Below the pieces are notes generated by a model, which did no database searches, was not told the origin of the DNA, and worked only from the letters and a program-made list of their open reading frames with translations. Positions 9,676 through 23,305 of a DNA stretch of 64,000 nucleotides are shown here, in pieces. The stretch covers positions 67,394,001 to 67,458,000 of the forward strand of contig OZ024744.1 of NCBI GenBank assembly GCA_964016885.1, given 5' to 3'. Both the position numbers and the translations under genes were made by a program. Origin of the DNA: Eledone cirrhosa (Eukaryota). Within the stretch, counting starts at the first letter, position 1. Each line of letters opens with the position of its first letter.

Positions 9676-12600
9676 TGAATGTGAAGCCACGCTTCTTATC
9701 GCCTCCAGTTTTTTCAACAGTTTACCTCGTTTTCAACCGTTCTAAACCTTTTATTCAAGTTTTAAACTTGACAAAAGTTTAGAAGAAGTGACCCACCTAA
9801 TACAGGGGTTCACTCGTAAATAATACGGCACCCCTTTACGGGGCATCGTATTATGTAAAGATATTATTTGACAAAAAAAAATGTATTTCAACATGGATAA
9901 CACAAGAATGAGAGAGAGAGAGCGCTGTTAGACAACACAGAGAGAGGGAGACTTTGTCAACATATCAACAAGACAGCGTTTAGCGAAGGTAAGCATAAAA
10001 GAAAATATTACGAAGGAAAAGAGGAACAATATCATTTTCAATGATATCGTTACAGATTTAAAATTACCAAATATTTCTAACACAAACAACACCAACAATA
10101 ACACCAACAACAACACCATCAATATCAACAGCAACAACAAAAATAACAGCGGTAAGGTCGGGAACGACAATAACAATGACAATAACAACAGCCACAACAA
10201 CAATAATAGTAGGAACAGTATCAACAAAAACAACAATAATAACAGCAGCCACAATAACAGTAACAACAGCAACAGTATCAACAAAAACAACAACAACAAC
10301 AGCAACAACTGTACCAACGAAAACATCAACAATGACATCGATACCTGTAACAGCGATCTCAGCACCACCAGTAAGACCAGTAGCGGCAGCAATAGTGGTG
10401 CTGCTGAAACGGGACCACTTCTTTTGCAGTTGTGGCCCGAAATATCGAAACAGTGTTAGTCACAGAGGAGGAGATGGCAGTCGCAAGGACCATGGTGACA
10501 AGAAACGCTAATAGAGTTTCCCTGAAATTTCCACCTGATTTTTTCAAGGACCAGCAGCTACGGACAGTGACTTACCGCACCGTAAGCAAAATGTCACATC
10601 GGGTGGAGAGAGCCACGGATGCTCAAATCCAAAATACCTTGGGGGGCGTCTGGGCGCGCAAAACCCACATTACCCGAGGCAGAAAGTACGCCACAGTAGA
10701 CGTATTTTTCGCCACCCCCCAAGAGACGAAGTCTCACTCTTTGGAAACCCTAAAGAGTGAGGAGATAGTCTTGGTGCCCTCCTACTGCGGCGGAAAATTG
10801 TGAGGGTTAAAGTGACCCAGGTCCCACCCGATGTGCCCATACATTGGCTGGCCTCGTCTGTACTGGCTGGAATCGAGGAGAAGACCACCATACCGCAAAT
10901 ACAGAGAATGGGAAGAGAGAACTGGTCAGGAATAGGCATGCAAATGCTAATACAGACTGACCAGGAGTGCATCGAGGCCATCCCAGACATCATAGACCTC
11001 GAAGAAGGGCTCTAACTCCCTATAAGCGTGGAAGGAAGGCGCCCAAAGTGCTATCTCTGTGGGCAGAAGGGTCACCTCAGGGCCTTCTGCCCGCAGAAGT
11101 CAGCCAAGAAGAAGGCCCCCTCCTTCCGACGCTTGATCCGCTAATACCAAGAGCAGGGCAGGCAACAGAGGCAGAAGACCCCTCCATGGTGAGTAGGAGG
11201 GCAACGTCCGTGGCACCCATACCAAGGCCACGGACAACTAAAGCAGCGGCAGCAGTGGCGGCAACATCAATCGTCGCAGTAGCCACATCGGCAGCAAAAT
11301 CGCCGGAGCGGGCTCCACTACCACCACCAATGGAGCTCATACCCATCCCAGACGCCACGGAAGCTGACATGGAGTATGAGGCGGGAGGGAATTGGCAAAC
11401 GATCTGCCACAAAAAAACAAAGGAGGAAAAACTCCTTAGCTTCACCCCCCAAAAGGTGAAGGCAGACAAAGAGGGGCAAAGGTTGCAAGGAGACTAGCAG
11501 CAACACCACCACCATCACCATCACCACCACAAGCATCACCACCAACAACAACCACACCACCACCAGCATCACCAAAAAGACCAACATCGCAAACACAACA
11601 AAACACACACACCCAACAGCAACAACAAGAAAACAGCAACAAAATCACCCCTCCTCCCAAAAAGTACACAGCCATAAACATGGCAAATAAAGAACTCAGC
11701 ATACAGACATCACAGAAAAAAACTACTACACCCAACCAACACCAAGAACTCTCCCGACAAACATAAGCATCATTGAAATCAAAATAGAACAGTACAAACT
11801 TTTAAAACAAAAATTCCCCAACGCAGTTGGAGACTTCAGAGGGTGGGTTACCAAGAGGATATACACTGACATTCTCTTGGAAACACCCATGATCAGCCAA
11901 AGGGACGGTTCTACTGTCCCTTCACCACACGATCAAGGTAAGTGACCCTTTCTCACTTGCCCCGTTTCTCATCCAACATGGCCGTACTTAGAATAGGCAG
12001 TATAAATGTACGTGGCCTGGAGTCATCCTGGAAGCAGGGTCACCTGCTCAACGACCTCAGGTCACTAAACATAGATGTGGTGGCCATCAGCGAGAAAAGA
12101 ATATCCGAAGCACGAGTCTTCGCACCGATCTTCGGCGGCTACGATGTATACGCATCTCCCAACCGTCCAGGATCGGGGGAAGGGGTGGCAGTGCTTTTTC
12201 GGAGAGGCTTGGATCTCGCCATACGTCTTCCTAGACCCAGAAGGTAAGTCGGTGGTGCTGGACGTGACCGGCAGCGAAGGCAATGCTTTTAGGCTAGTAG
12301 CCGTCTACGCCCTAAAAGGGGCAGGACGAACATATTTCTTCAGACGTCTAGAGACCTTTCAAGGAACGTCCCGCTCTTTAGTGGGCGACTGGAACGGTAT
12401 CTTAGATGCACGCTGGTATCATGTGGGGCTAGTAGACAGGACAGGAGGGTGCAAGAGCCTCAACAACCAGCTCAGACGTTTTGAACTGTCTGACAGGTAT
12501 AGACTGGATTATCCTAATGTGACAATGTGGACATGGACAAACAGCATCGGGTCATCCAGATCGTATTTAGATAGGGTATTCTGTAGGGAAACAGATAAGG

Positions 12601-13720
12601 CTAGTGTAGGTTGTCCACAATTTAAAGTAGTCGACTACACGGACCACAAATTTGTGATCAGTGAAGTTGACTTAGATAGACTCCATAGGCAAGGACCCGA
12701 CTACTGGAAGCTGAACGCGTCGTTCCTGGCGCGCAAAGCTTACAGAGACCGGATTAGCGAATTAGTTAAGCGTGTGTTGACGGGTGCGATCGTCAACAAC
12801 AGGTGGTGGTTTACCCTGTAAATGGCTATTTGAGTAGAATCGATAAGGTTTAGCAAAGGAGTAGTGATAGAGGAAAATAGAGTAGAGGGAGAGTTAGTTA
12901 GAAAGTGAGAAGAGGCGTTTAGGACAGGCATCGCAACCGACGTGCTTGCGGCGAGATTGGCACTCGAGCCAATTCTTCAACGCAAAGCATGAAGGCTGCG
13001 TTGTCAGAGCTAGAGCGCGTTGTCAGAGCTAGACACGAGGGGACGAAAGCCATTCAATGGGCCCGGGTGGTGGAGGCGTGACGTGGCAACAAGTCCACAA
13101 TTCGGTTTTTGCCTGATCAAAACAGGGGTATGTTGTTCGAACCCGAGCAGATGTGTGCGGCTTTTCAACAGCACTTTGCTCGATTGTTAAGGAGCAGCGG
13201 CCCGAATCGGAGTATGGACTTCGGTGCATACCTCGACGGACTGCTGCAGCTCTCGACGACTGCAGCGCAGTGCTGCGAAAGGCTGATGACAGCCAATGAA
13301 ATACGGGAAACGATGTCTGACTGCACGAGGGGTAAATCGCCAGGTTTGGATGGTCTGCCCTACGAGCTTTATGCATATATGCCAGACTTGTTCGGCGATC
13401 TCTTGGCAGATGTCTACTGCAACTGGCAGCAAAACGGGAGCATTCCCAGTTTTGTGAGCCGGGGAGCCGTGGTGCTGTTGAAAAAAGACCCGAACAAGGG
13501 GGGTGTTATAGACAACTTCAGGCCCATAACTCTGCTGAACGCAGAGTTTAAGATTCTGTCCAAGGTGTTAGCAAAGAGATCGGCGCTTGTCGTCGGTAAT
13601 CTGGTGGGAGAGGCGCAGATGCGCCATTCCTGACAGATCAATCCACGACAACCTCCATCACATGCGATACGTCGTAGAGAGGGTGGTTAAGGAACCTGGC
13701 ACGGGTGGGGCCCTGATCAA
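9676..13720 (+). mobile_element. Tx1 subfamily A copy 2 (decayed ORF1 ~9893-11945; ORF2 from 11978, broken off inside RT)
   Basis: Knuckle CYLCGQKGHLRAFC near 11048; ORF2 starts MAVLRIGSINVRG; stops and frameshifts; ends at GGALIN where a PLE begins. Confidence 0.92.
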
Positions 13721-15560
13721 CTATGTGCTATGGAGTTAATTATGGATCGAGAGTGGTTTGAGTTATAACTAATGTAGGCTAGATTCTCGTTATTTTTATG
13801 GAAGGGATCTATTAGTCCTATGTTTAGGTTGAGTGTTACATCTAAGAAGTTTGCTTTTTTAGAGTTAAGTTCGAAAGTGATACCTAGGCCTAGTTTGTTG
13901 AAGAAGACTCTTTGTTTTCCCGTAATCTTTCCATGTTTTGATTATTTAAGTTTTTAGCTAAAAGGAGTGTGTCGTCTCTATAAATTCCTTCTTCGAGGTT
14001 ATTAAATTCCTTATGTAAGTTATGCGCTATATTTATTCCAATTATGTCTGTTACCTGTGCTGAGTCGCTAGATCCCATTGTGATATCGAAGCTATCTGTC
14101 TGTTTTTTCGTTCCCAGTAACTATTTTCGAATCTAATGATAGTTCTAGCAGCTAGTATTATTCTAATTTCATCAGAGGTTAGGTCCGACTTTTTCTGGGC
14201 AAAGGCTAGTGCTTTATCTAGGGTGACTGGGGAGATGGAAGAGTAGTAGTCGTGGATGTCAAACTGTACGAAGCTGGATGTTTCCCTACTGTCTATTTTG
14301 CTAAACCAATCTATTGCTTCGTTAGTGTTATCCCTTAGCTTAATTACTAGTTTGTCCTTGATTTGTGATATTACTCTATCTAGTATATACTTGCTAATTC
14401 TACCTATATCCGACTTCGATGGGCATATTAATCTAATTGTGGGGTCTGTTTCGAAATAATTTTTATGATCTTTTAGGTTAAATGTGGGGTTACAAGGGGT
14501 TAGAGGCTCGGTTCTATAAGATATTTTCAGTTTTTTTTACTATGCTAAGTCCTTCCTTATTAATGCTACGAGTGTAGATTCTGTAGTTGTCCTGTATTTG
14601 TTGTGTAGTTCACGGTGTATAAAGTTATTATATGTGTTAAGGCTCATGGTGTATACGTTTGATATTTTGTCCGCTTTTACTATAATACCGTTGGTGTTGC
14701 GTAGTGGTGCATTGATGTCGTTTTGCAGTTTGTTGTAACCTGTACGTTTTTTTTTTATTTGGTTCCACTTATTATGTTCATGAGGTCGAGTTCAAAGGCA
14801 TTGAGCTGGGGGTTATTCTCTGGATTTTTGCAGGATTTGAATCCGTATTTTTCGCTAGTAAATTCCTCTGTGTTATTAGCGTGTCCTTTATCGGATTCGA
14901 CGGATGAAGTCATAAGTACGCTGTATCATGCCGAGTGTATAGTCCCTGTTTGTAGGTATAGGTATGTTTTTTAAGGACATGCCTATGTGGTGCTTTTCCA
15001 TGTTAGTGCCGTGCGTTAAGGTTGTTGCTCAACCTAGTGGGAGCTGGGTATATGGGATAACAAGTTATCGTTATAGGTAATCCAGTTAGAGGTTGTGAGT
15101 ACTCTGCGTCGTGGATAGTTTTAACGTACGGCGTTGTTTGACTCAACAAGAGGTTCCCATAGTTAGGTAGCGAGTTCGCGAGAATTCCTATGCAGGTTAT
15201 TCTTGGAATAACAATAGTGAAATATTGAAGAATAACATGGTCGGCTGTACAAAAAGGTTTTATTTCTAGTATTAACAATTGTTTCATTGAGCAAGTCAGT
15301 CTAAAGGCCCATAATCACTCGAAGTTGCGTCCCTCGACCTTAAATACAGTGTTTACCTCTGATCAAATCATCAAACTGGGGGTTTTACATATGACAATAG
15401 TATTATATATTGATACAACGGAGAACAAAACAATAACATCAATAATAAAAAAAATAACATCAATAATATGTAAGTATGTATGTATGTATAGAGTGAGAAA
15501 TGAAATTTCGTTTCATTCTATTCCATTTATCAATAATATGATTATATATATATTATATAT
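13721..15560 (-). mobile_element. Penelope-like element remnant (RT part plus upstream pLTR with decayed hammerhead)
   Basis: Minus-strand PLE RT motifs (IRLICPSKSDIG, FVQFDIHDYY, MGSSDSAQ, GIYRDD); 13721-13820 matches 38563-38658; pLTR tail 15050-15230 matches 38810-38970 and 39810-39972. Confidence 0.85.
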
Positions 15561-15623
15561 GTTTATATACATATACTATATATATTAATACATGTATACA
15601 CCCTCCCCACACATATATATATA

Positions 15624-15667
<44 letters not shown>

Positions 15668-15719
15668 TGTGTGTGTATATACATGTATAAATATATATAG
15701 TATATGTATATAAACATAC

Positions 15720-17848
15720 ACAACAAAAAATACAGACACCACTAACGCAAACATTTCTCCAATAACATCAACACCAACATCGACACCACCCCCACAATCC
15801 CCGAAACACAAACAACCTAAACAAACACAAGAACAAATAAACACACAGACACGTGAAATTGCAGACACCACACGTACAACAAACACAGACATACCCGAAA
15901 CAACACCAACAAAACTATCACCACCACAGTCACCAAAACGAAAACAAATAAAACCACACCAACAAAATATTAAAAACTTCGTGCAGAGGGCCAAAGATAA
16001 ATTGATGGCCCTCTTAGCACGAACTGAGGACATTGAAACAGAGAGGGAGATCTTTGAATTGAGCACATTTTGCGTGCCAGAAGATTTGTTTCTGGTGCGA
16101 ATGTCGCTGGATCCCTACAAAGAAATTCAAGAGAGCTTTCCTCAAGACGTGGGAACCCAGAACGTGAAACCCACATCGACTTTTAAAGGGGTTCCCAAAA
16201 GAAACCCCACCAACCGTGGAGGTCGAACCACGCGACCTTCACAAGACTCCGGGAGGTAAGTAAACCTTCCATCTCTCTTTTAGCTTGCCAACATGGCCAT
16301 ATTAAGAGTAGGAACTTTAAATGTTAGTGGCCTGGGCTCACCCTGGAAGCAGGGTCGCCTGCTCAATGACCTCAGATCTCTGGAAATGGATGTGATTGCC
16401 ATCAGCGAGACCAGGATTTCCGACACGCACGCACTAGCTCCCATTTTCGACGACTATCAGATCTTCGCATATGTTAGCAGGCCGAGAATGGGAGGTGGGG
16501 TGGCAGTGCTGTTTGGGAAAGGCCTGGATCTCGTGGTAAGGTCGATCTTCCGGGACCATGACGGTAAGATGGTGGTCCTGGGTGTGAGCAGTAGCGAATG
16601 TGGAGCCTTTAGACTACTGGCCGTCTACGCCCCTACTGGGGACGGACGATCGGACTTCTTTAGGCACCTGGAAACCTTTCTGGGTACGTCTCGCCCTTTA
16701 TTGTTAGCGGGGGACTGGAACGGCATCTTAGACGCACGCTGAGACTGTGTGGGAGTAGCTGATAGGAGCGGGGGGTGCAAAAGCCTCAATCACCTAATCA
16801 GCCAGTTCCAACTGTCTGACAGGTACCGACTAGATTTCCGCATAAGGTCATCTAGATCGTATATAGACAGGATCTTCATTAGGAAAATAGATAGAAATAG
16901 TGTAGCTGCCCACTTTTTAAAACGGTCGCCTATTCAAATCACACATTTGTGATCTGTATAGTCGACCTAGATAAAACGCTTAGGTTAGGACCGGGTTACT
17001 GGAAGCTGAACATGTAATTTCCGGCACGTAAGGCTTACAGGGATCGAGTCAACAATTTAGTTAAGCAAAGGTTGACAGGGGGATCGTCAACAACAGATGG
17101 TGGGGGCTCTCAAAAGGGAGATTAGAGTAACTTTGACAGAGTTTAGCAAAGAACTAGCGTTAGAGAAAAATAGAAAGGAGGGGCAGCTGGTAGATAAGTT
17201 AGACGAGGCTATTTGTAGTGGCATTACAACAGACGTGCTAGCGACGAGAATGGCATTAGACCATTTCTTCAATGCGAAACACGAAGATTGCATTGCCAGA
17301 GCTAAGGCGCGTGCGCTGAGAAACGAGGGTACCAAAGCTGTTCGATGGGCCCGCGTGGCAGAGGCGCAGCGTGGTAATAAAACCACAATTCGTTCTTTGG
17401 CGGACCGAGACGGACACGAGATAAGTGATTTCAAGCGGATGTGAGGCCTTTCGCCAGCACTTTTCTCAGTTGTTCGAGGTGAGAGGCGGGTCAGAGACAG
17501 TAGCGAATTTCAGTCCCTACCTCGATGGCTTGCCGTGCATCTCGACGGTCGACGCTGAGCGCTGCGAAAGGCCGATTACTTCAGCCTAAATTTAGGACGC
17601 CTTGTTGGCTGCATGAGGCGCAAGTCACCCGGTTTGGATGGCCTGTCCAACGAGCTTTACGTAAATATGCCAGACTTGCTCTCCGATCTCCTCGAAGCGC
17701 TCTACTGCAACTGGCACCAGAATGGGAGTATTCCCAGTTCTGTGAGCGGAGAATTAGTGACGCTGATAAGGAAAGACGAGAACAAGTGGGATACATTAGA
17801 CAACTTCAGGCCCAAAACCCTGCTCAACACAGAGTTTAAGATGTTGGC
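15720..17848 (+). mobile_element. Tx1 subfamily B copy 2 (ORF1 C-terminus plus ORF2 APE and start of RT; decayed)
   Basis: Colinear with 5380-7540; ORF2 ATG at 16293; premature stops. Confidence 0.92.
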
Positions 17849-17849
17849 A

Positions 17850-18359
17850 CTACGTTCCCGTGCCTTGGCTGTCGTGTCTGTTCTTGCGGGCATCGAGGAT
17901 AGAACAACCATTCTGCAGGTACAGAAGTTGGGAAGAGAAGACTGGTCCGGTATTGGAATGGAGATGCGCATCCAATCTGACCAGGACTGCATCAGCGCTA
18001 TTCCCGGCGATAATAGACCTCGGGAAAGAATCCCAACTTCCCATATGTGTGGGAGGAAGGCGCTCAAAGTGCTTCAACTGTGGATTGAAATCTCATCTCA
18101 GGGCTTTCTGCCCACAGAAGATAACAAAGGCGAAGGAACCCCTCCTCCCAACGCCGGAAACGCTGCCATCAGAAACAGAGCAGTCAGCGAAAAAGTCGGG
18201 AGCTTCTACAGAGAGCACGAGGACAACGTCCGTGGCACCCACATCAAAGCGACGGACAACAAAAACAACGGCGACAACTGCAACAACAGAAACAGTTGCA
18301 CTATCCTCACCTGTGCCAAGAATGGCAGACTAAGCACCACAACCATCACCACCACCACC

Positions 18360-18391
<32 letters not shown>

Positions 18392-21102
18392 CGAATGAGA
18401 GGGTAGAACTCATACCCCTCCCCGACCTCTCACAGTCGGACATGGAGTATGAAGCGGCAGAGGAGTGGAAAACGGTTGAAAAAAAAAAAGCAAAAATGCA
18501 AAAACTGCACAGCTTCGCCCTCCAAAAGCAAGGGCAAAGAAAGAGGAGTAAAGGCTGCAAGGAGACTTGCAACAACATACCACCATCACCATCACCACCA
18601 CAAACATCACCACCAACAACAAATACACCACGCCATCATCACAACAAACACCAACATCGCAAACACAACAAAGCACACACACCCAACAGCAACAATAAGA
18701 AAACAGCAACAAAATCAAATCTCCTCCAAAAAAGTACACAGCCATAAACATCGCAGATAAAGGATTAATGGAAGATATAAAGCAGCACAGAGACATTTCA
18801 GACATAAATTACCACACCCCACCAACACCAAGAAAATTACCAAAAATTATTGACATTGTCGAAATTAAACTGGAAGTTTATAAACAGTCAAAACAAAAAT
18901 TCCCCAACGCAGTGCCGACCACCTCAAAACCATCACGGTGATGTCCACATAAGCCAACACACTCAGGGGCACTCTCCAAAAGAATATACACAGATATCAT
19001 CTTGGAAACACCCATGACCAGCCAAAAGGACGGTTCTACTGTCCCTTCCCCACACAATCAAGGTAAGTGATCCTTTTTCACTTACTCCGTTCCTCACCCA
19101 GCATGGCCGTACTCAGAATAAGCAGTGTAAATGTACGTGGCCTGGGATCATCTTGGAAGCAGGGTCACCTGCTCAAAGACCTCAGGTCACTAAACATAGA
19201 TGAAGCACGAGCCTTCGCACCGATCTTCGGCGGCTACGATGTATATATGCATCTCCCAGCCACCCGGGATCGGGGGAGGCGGTTGCTGTGATTTTTCGGA
19301 GTGGCTTGGATCTCGCCATACGGGCCTTCTTCCTGGACCCAGAAGGTAAGTCGGTGGTACTGGGACAACTTCAGGCCCATAACTATGCTAAACGCAGAGT
19401 TCAAAATTTTGGCCAAGGTGTTAACAAAGAGATTGGCGCTTGTCGTCGGTGATCTGGTGGGAGAGGCGCAGACATGCGCCATTCCAGACAGATCCATCCA
19501 CGACAACCTCCATCTCATGCGATACATCATAGAGAGAGTGGTTAAGGAACCTGGCACGGGTGGGGCCCCGATCAACTTGGATCGATCTAAAGCATTTGAT
19601 AGGATCGACCATCGGTACCTGGCTGCGGTCTTCCAGGCGGCCGGCTTCGGTACCGTTTTTAGGGGCTAGATCGCTGCGATGCATAGTGACATCCACTCGA
19701 TTGTGGGGATGAATGGTCACCTGTCGCAGTCGTTCAGCATCATCCTCTCGGTCCACCAAGGTTGTCCCTTCTCGTCCCTGTTGTACGTACTGACCCTCGA
19801 GCCGTTACTTCACAAATTGGAGACGATGAGGAGGATCCCACGCGAACTGGGATGCGGGAGATTCGTGTCAGTTTACGCCGACGACGTCACCGTGGTGGTG
19901 TCGAGCACCAAACACGTCCAGATGCTCGGAACTGCTCTCAAGGAATACGAAGTGGTGACAGGGGCAAATATAAAGGGCCGATTAAATTGCTCGGGGTCTG
20001 GTTCGGACCGGACCTCCAGATGGAGAAAAACTGGAGCGAGGTGATGAGCAGGGTGGCCTCTCTCAACCAGAAATGGGCTGAGTGGAGGCTGTCTCTGAAA
20101 GGTCGGGTGGATGTGGAGAATGCGTACATCGCGTCCGTCATCTACAACCGCCTGACTGTCGTACCTTGCCCCCACCCAACTCTGACCAAAATGGAGCGCC
20201 TTCTCTTCTGCTTTTTGAGGAAGTGGCGTGCTCCCATGTTCAGACGATCCCTCTGCTGTCAGCACCCGTTGCGTGGAGGACTGGGCATGCCATGGCTGAT
20301 GATGCGCAAACATGCGCTGAGGCTGCGACCTCTGTTGCTTCCTTGACGGTGAACATGTGTGGTCGCCGTTTTCCTGGCGCGCTTTTCCCCAGCTCGTGTC
20401 CTTGACGGAACTGCAGTCCGAGGGATAGCGCTTGGAAGCTGGAATGTCTCCAAGCACTCACCGCCCTCTGCCAGCTGGGCATAGTATCGGTGGAACATCC
20501 CCCTCGGCGTTCTATAGAAGGCTAGTGGAGGGGGAAAGTGACGACGTTCCCGGGGAGACCCTTGGCGTCGAAGACGATCATCTGTTCGCTCTCATCGAAA
20601 GAACTTTCAGCCTGGGACCTATGGACAACTTCCAGAAATGCCTGGCCTGTCAGTGCTATCGGGAAGCGTTGCCGGTTCGGGATAAGCTCTACAAGCCTGG
20701 AGGTGCTGTCAGCCTAACCTGTCCGAGAGATGCGCGCAGGGCGACGAAACCGTCGTGCACGCACTCGTTCTGTGCCCGAGAATTGCTAACTTGTGGAGCT
20801 ATTCGAACAGTTGCTGTCGCGTGTAGGACGGATCCGGTTATCGACTGAGTCCATTGTGGAGATAACCCCACCATACTCCTTTAAAGAGGAGGAAGGGCAA
20901 GCAGTTTTCATCTGCTTGGTGGCCATGGCGAAACTGATTGTGTGGTGGACAAGGTTGAAAGGGTTGTAGACGGACACTTTCCTCTCTGGCCAATCCCAGA
21001 TTAACTTTTTCAAGTTTCACTTGAAGAAGAAAATCAGAGTGGAGAGGCAAGGTCTGTCTTCTAGTAAGTTTGTTGAAAGGTGGCTGAAAGTGGTGAGTCT
21101 GG
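17850..21102 (+). mobile_element. Tx1 subfamily A copy 3 (5'-truncated; internal ORF2 deletion at ~19362)
   Basis: Colinear with 10830-12260, then jumps from DPEGKSVV to DNFRPIT; RT and C-terminal finger remnants to ~21100. Confidence 0.9.
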
Positions 21103-23300
21103 CTGCAAGCCCACCGACTTTTCCGGATTAAGTTTCGCTCCCTTCATCCTTTCATATTCCTCCAATAAGGTGCCGACCACCTCAACACCATCACGGTGAT
21201 ATCCACATAAGCCAACACAACCTTTCCACATCCCGGTTCGAGTCGGATACCCTGCAACAGCTCTAGTTTCCGCACCCATGACGGACCGATTGGGAGATCT
21301 GAAACGGTTCCGAAAGGTGGCTATTGGTTTTGAACACCGTGCAGATGCTGTTGTGCAGAATCCAGCTGCGTTAAGGGCAGCTTCCAGGTATTGATGGTCG
21401 ACCCTATCGAAAGCTTTCGTTTGATCTAAATTGATCAGAACCCCACCAAAGACAGGTTTACACCCTACCCTCTCTATGATGTATCGCATCAGGTGGAGGT
21501 TGTCGTGTATAGACCTGGTCGGGATTGTGCAGGTTTGCGCCTTCCCAACCAAATCCTCGACGACAAGCGCCAACCTCTTCGTTAACATTTTGGTCAAAAC
21601 CTTTAAACTCTGTGTTGAGCAGAGTTATGGGCCTGAAATTATCTAAAGTATTCCTCTTTTTCTCGTCTTTCCTCATTAGCGTCACTACGCCCCAGCTCAC
21701 AGAACTGGGAATACTCCCGTTCTGCTGCCAGTTGCAGTAGAGCACTTCAAGGAGATCGGAGAACAAGTCTGGCATGTCTACGTAAAGCTCGTTGAGCAGA
21801 CCATCCAAACCGGGTGACTTGCGCCTCCCGAATTTTGGCTGAAGTTATCGGCCTTTCGCTCTATCAGCAGTGTTTTGGCCCCTTCACTTTGAAAGTGCAG
21901 GGGCCAAAAATCTCTCCCTCTTTCTCATTGTTTTGTCTTTATGTTACAAGGACTATAAATATTTTTGTTGGTCCTTCTTAGTAACACGAAGTTAGGTGTT
22001 TCTAGCATGTTCTCACTGTTGTAGGGCATGAGTTGCGGTTGTGTCGATGTTGTTGGTGGTGGTTGTCTTTTGTTGACGGCGTTAGTGTTGTTCTATGTGT
22101 GTCTTTGTTTGCTGAGGGAGTGTTTTGAGTGCTTTGATGGTGTGTGAATGTTGGTCTCTGTGTGTGTGTGTTTGAAAGAGGAGAAGAAGGAGAGCTTTAT
22201 TGGGTGATCTCCCGTGGTGGCTGGTGTTGTCTTCGATGTTGTTGTTTGCAGTTCTCTCACTATTGCTTCTGCTGTTGCTGGTGTAGCTGTTGATCTTGTT
22301 TGCGGCTGCTGTTGTTGTTGAGGTTGTTTTGGTTTTAGCAGCAATGGAGTACTGTCTTCAGATGAGGAGAAGAGGCCTTAAAGTGTTTTTTTTTTCTCCG
22401 CACAAGTGACAGCGAGGTCTAAGGTGTCGGGAAGGGATCTATCTAGTCGTGTTTTAAGTAAAGCTCTATTTCCATACTGGTCCCGAACCAGAGTTCCTTC
22501 CGGGTGTGCTTTCCATCTAGGATGGACAATTTATTTTTTTGCAATCTAAGACGCTGACCATAATCCACCACGTGTTATACCCTGGTCGGATGCTAGGAAC
22601 CTTTATCCTTACTGTCCTTCTTCCTTGGTAGGAAGGGTACAGTATTGATTGGCCCGTTCGGACGGAGACCACAGAGTGTTTTCACGGCCCGATCTTTGCT
22701 CTTAAAGAGCACTAAAATGGTCGCTTATTGTTTTGTCCTGCCAATGCGTTCTATGTCAGGCATGATGTCTTTCAGTGCTCTTTCGCAATAATCATGTGGT
22801 GCTACTTGTGGGCGTCTGAATTTGCTATCCACTTTTCTGTACGTCAAAGTTGTTCTGTTCAATGCCACCAACACCTCGGGTGGAGCTATTATGTCTAACC
22901 TCCTTCATTTTTTGGTGCTTCATAAAAGCGGCCATTTGTGCCAAATATACATCTTTGCTTTTTAAGTTCATCGTAATCATTTGTTTGCGCTAGCTGCAAA
23001 TGTGTTGTTCTTGTCAATGTTTGTTGTTGTTTATTGTTGTCGTGGTGGTGTTGGTGGTGGCGTCAGTGTTTTTATTTGTGTCGTTGTTGCTTTTGATTCA
23101 ATATGTACTATTTGTTGTGGAAAGTGCTGTGGTAGATTTGAAAATGTTATATTGGGCCTTAAGCACACGCCGTGACAGTTTCCACTGTTGTGGCCGCTGC
23201 TGCTGTTTCTGCCGCCGTTGCTGCTGCTGCTGCTGCTGTTGCTGCTGCGCTGTTGCTGCTGTGGTTCTTTCAGGACAGCAAAAATTAGCAATAACTTATA
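21102..23300 (-). mobile_element. Inverted Tx1 remnants: RT fragment (21102-21860) and ORF1 of a third subfamily (21860-23300)
   Basis: ORFs 21061-21597 and 21458-21808 match ORF2 RT; minus strand 22700-22960 translates to ..RTTLTYRKVD..ERALKDI..ATILVLFKS, alignable to ORF1 RRTVHFRCIS..EAALKYI..GTVSVLFKS. Confidence 0.8.
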
Positions 23301-23305
23301 ACATA

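Noticed and set aside
1-21102. Telomeric retrotransposon array (HeT-A/TART-like)
   Set aside because: No telomeric repeat tracts, and no positional information to support it
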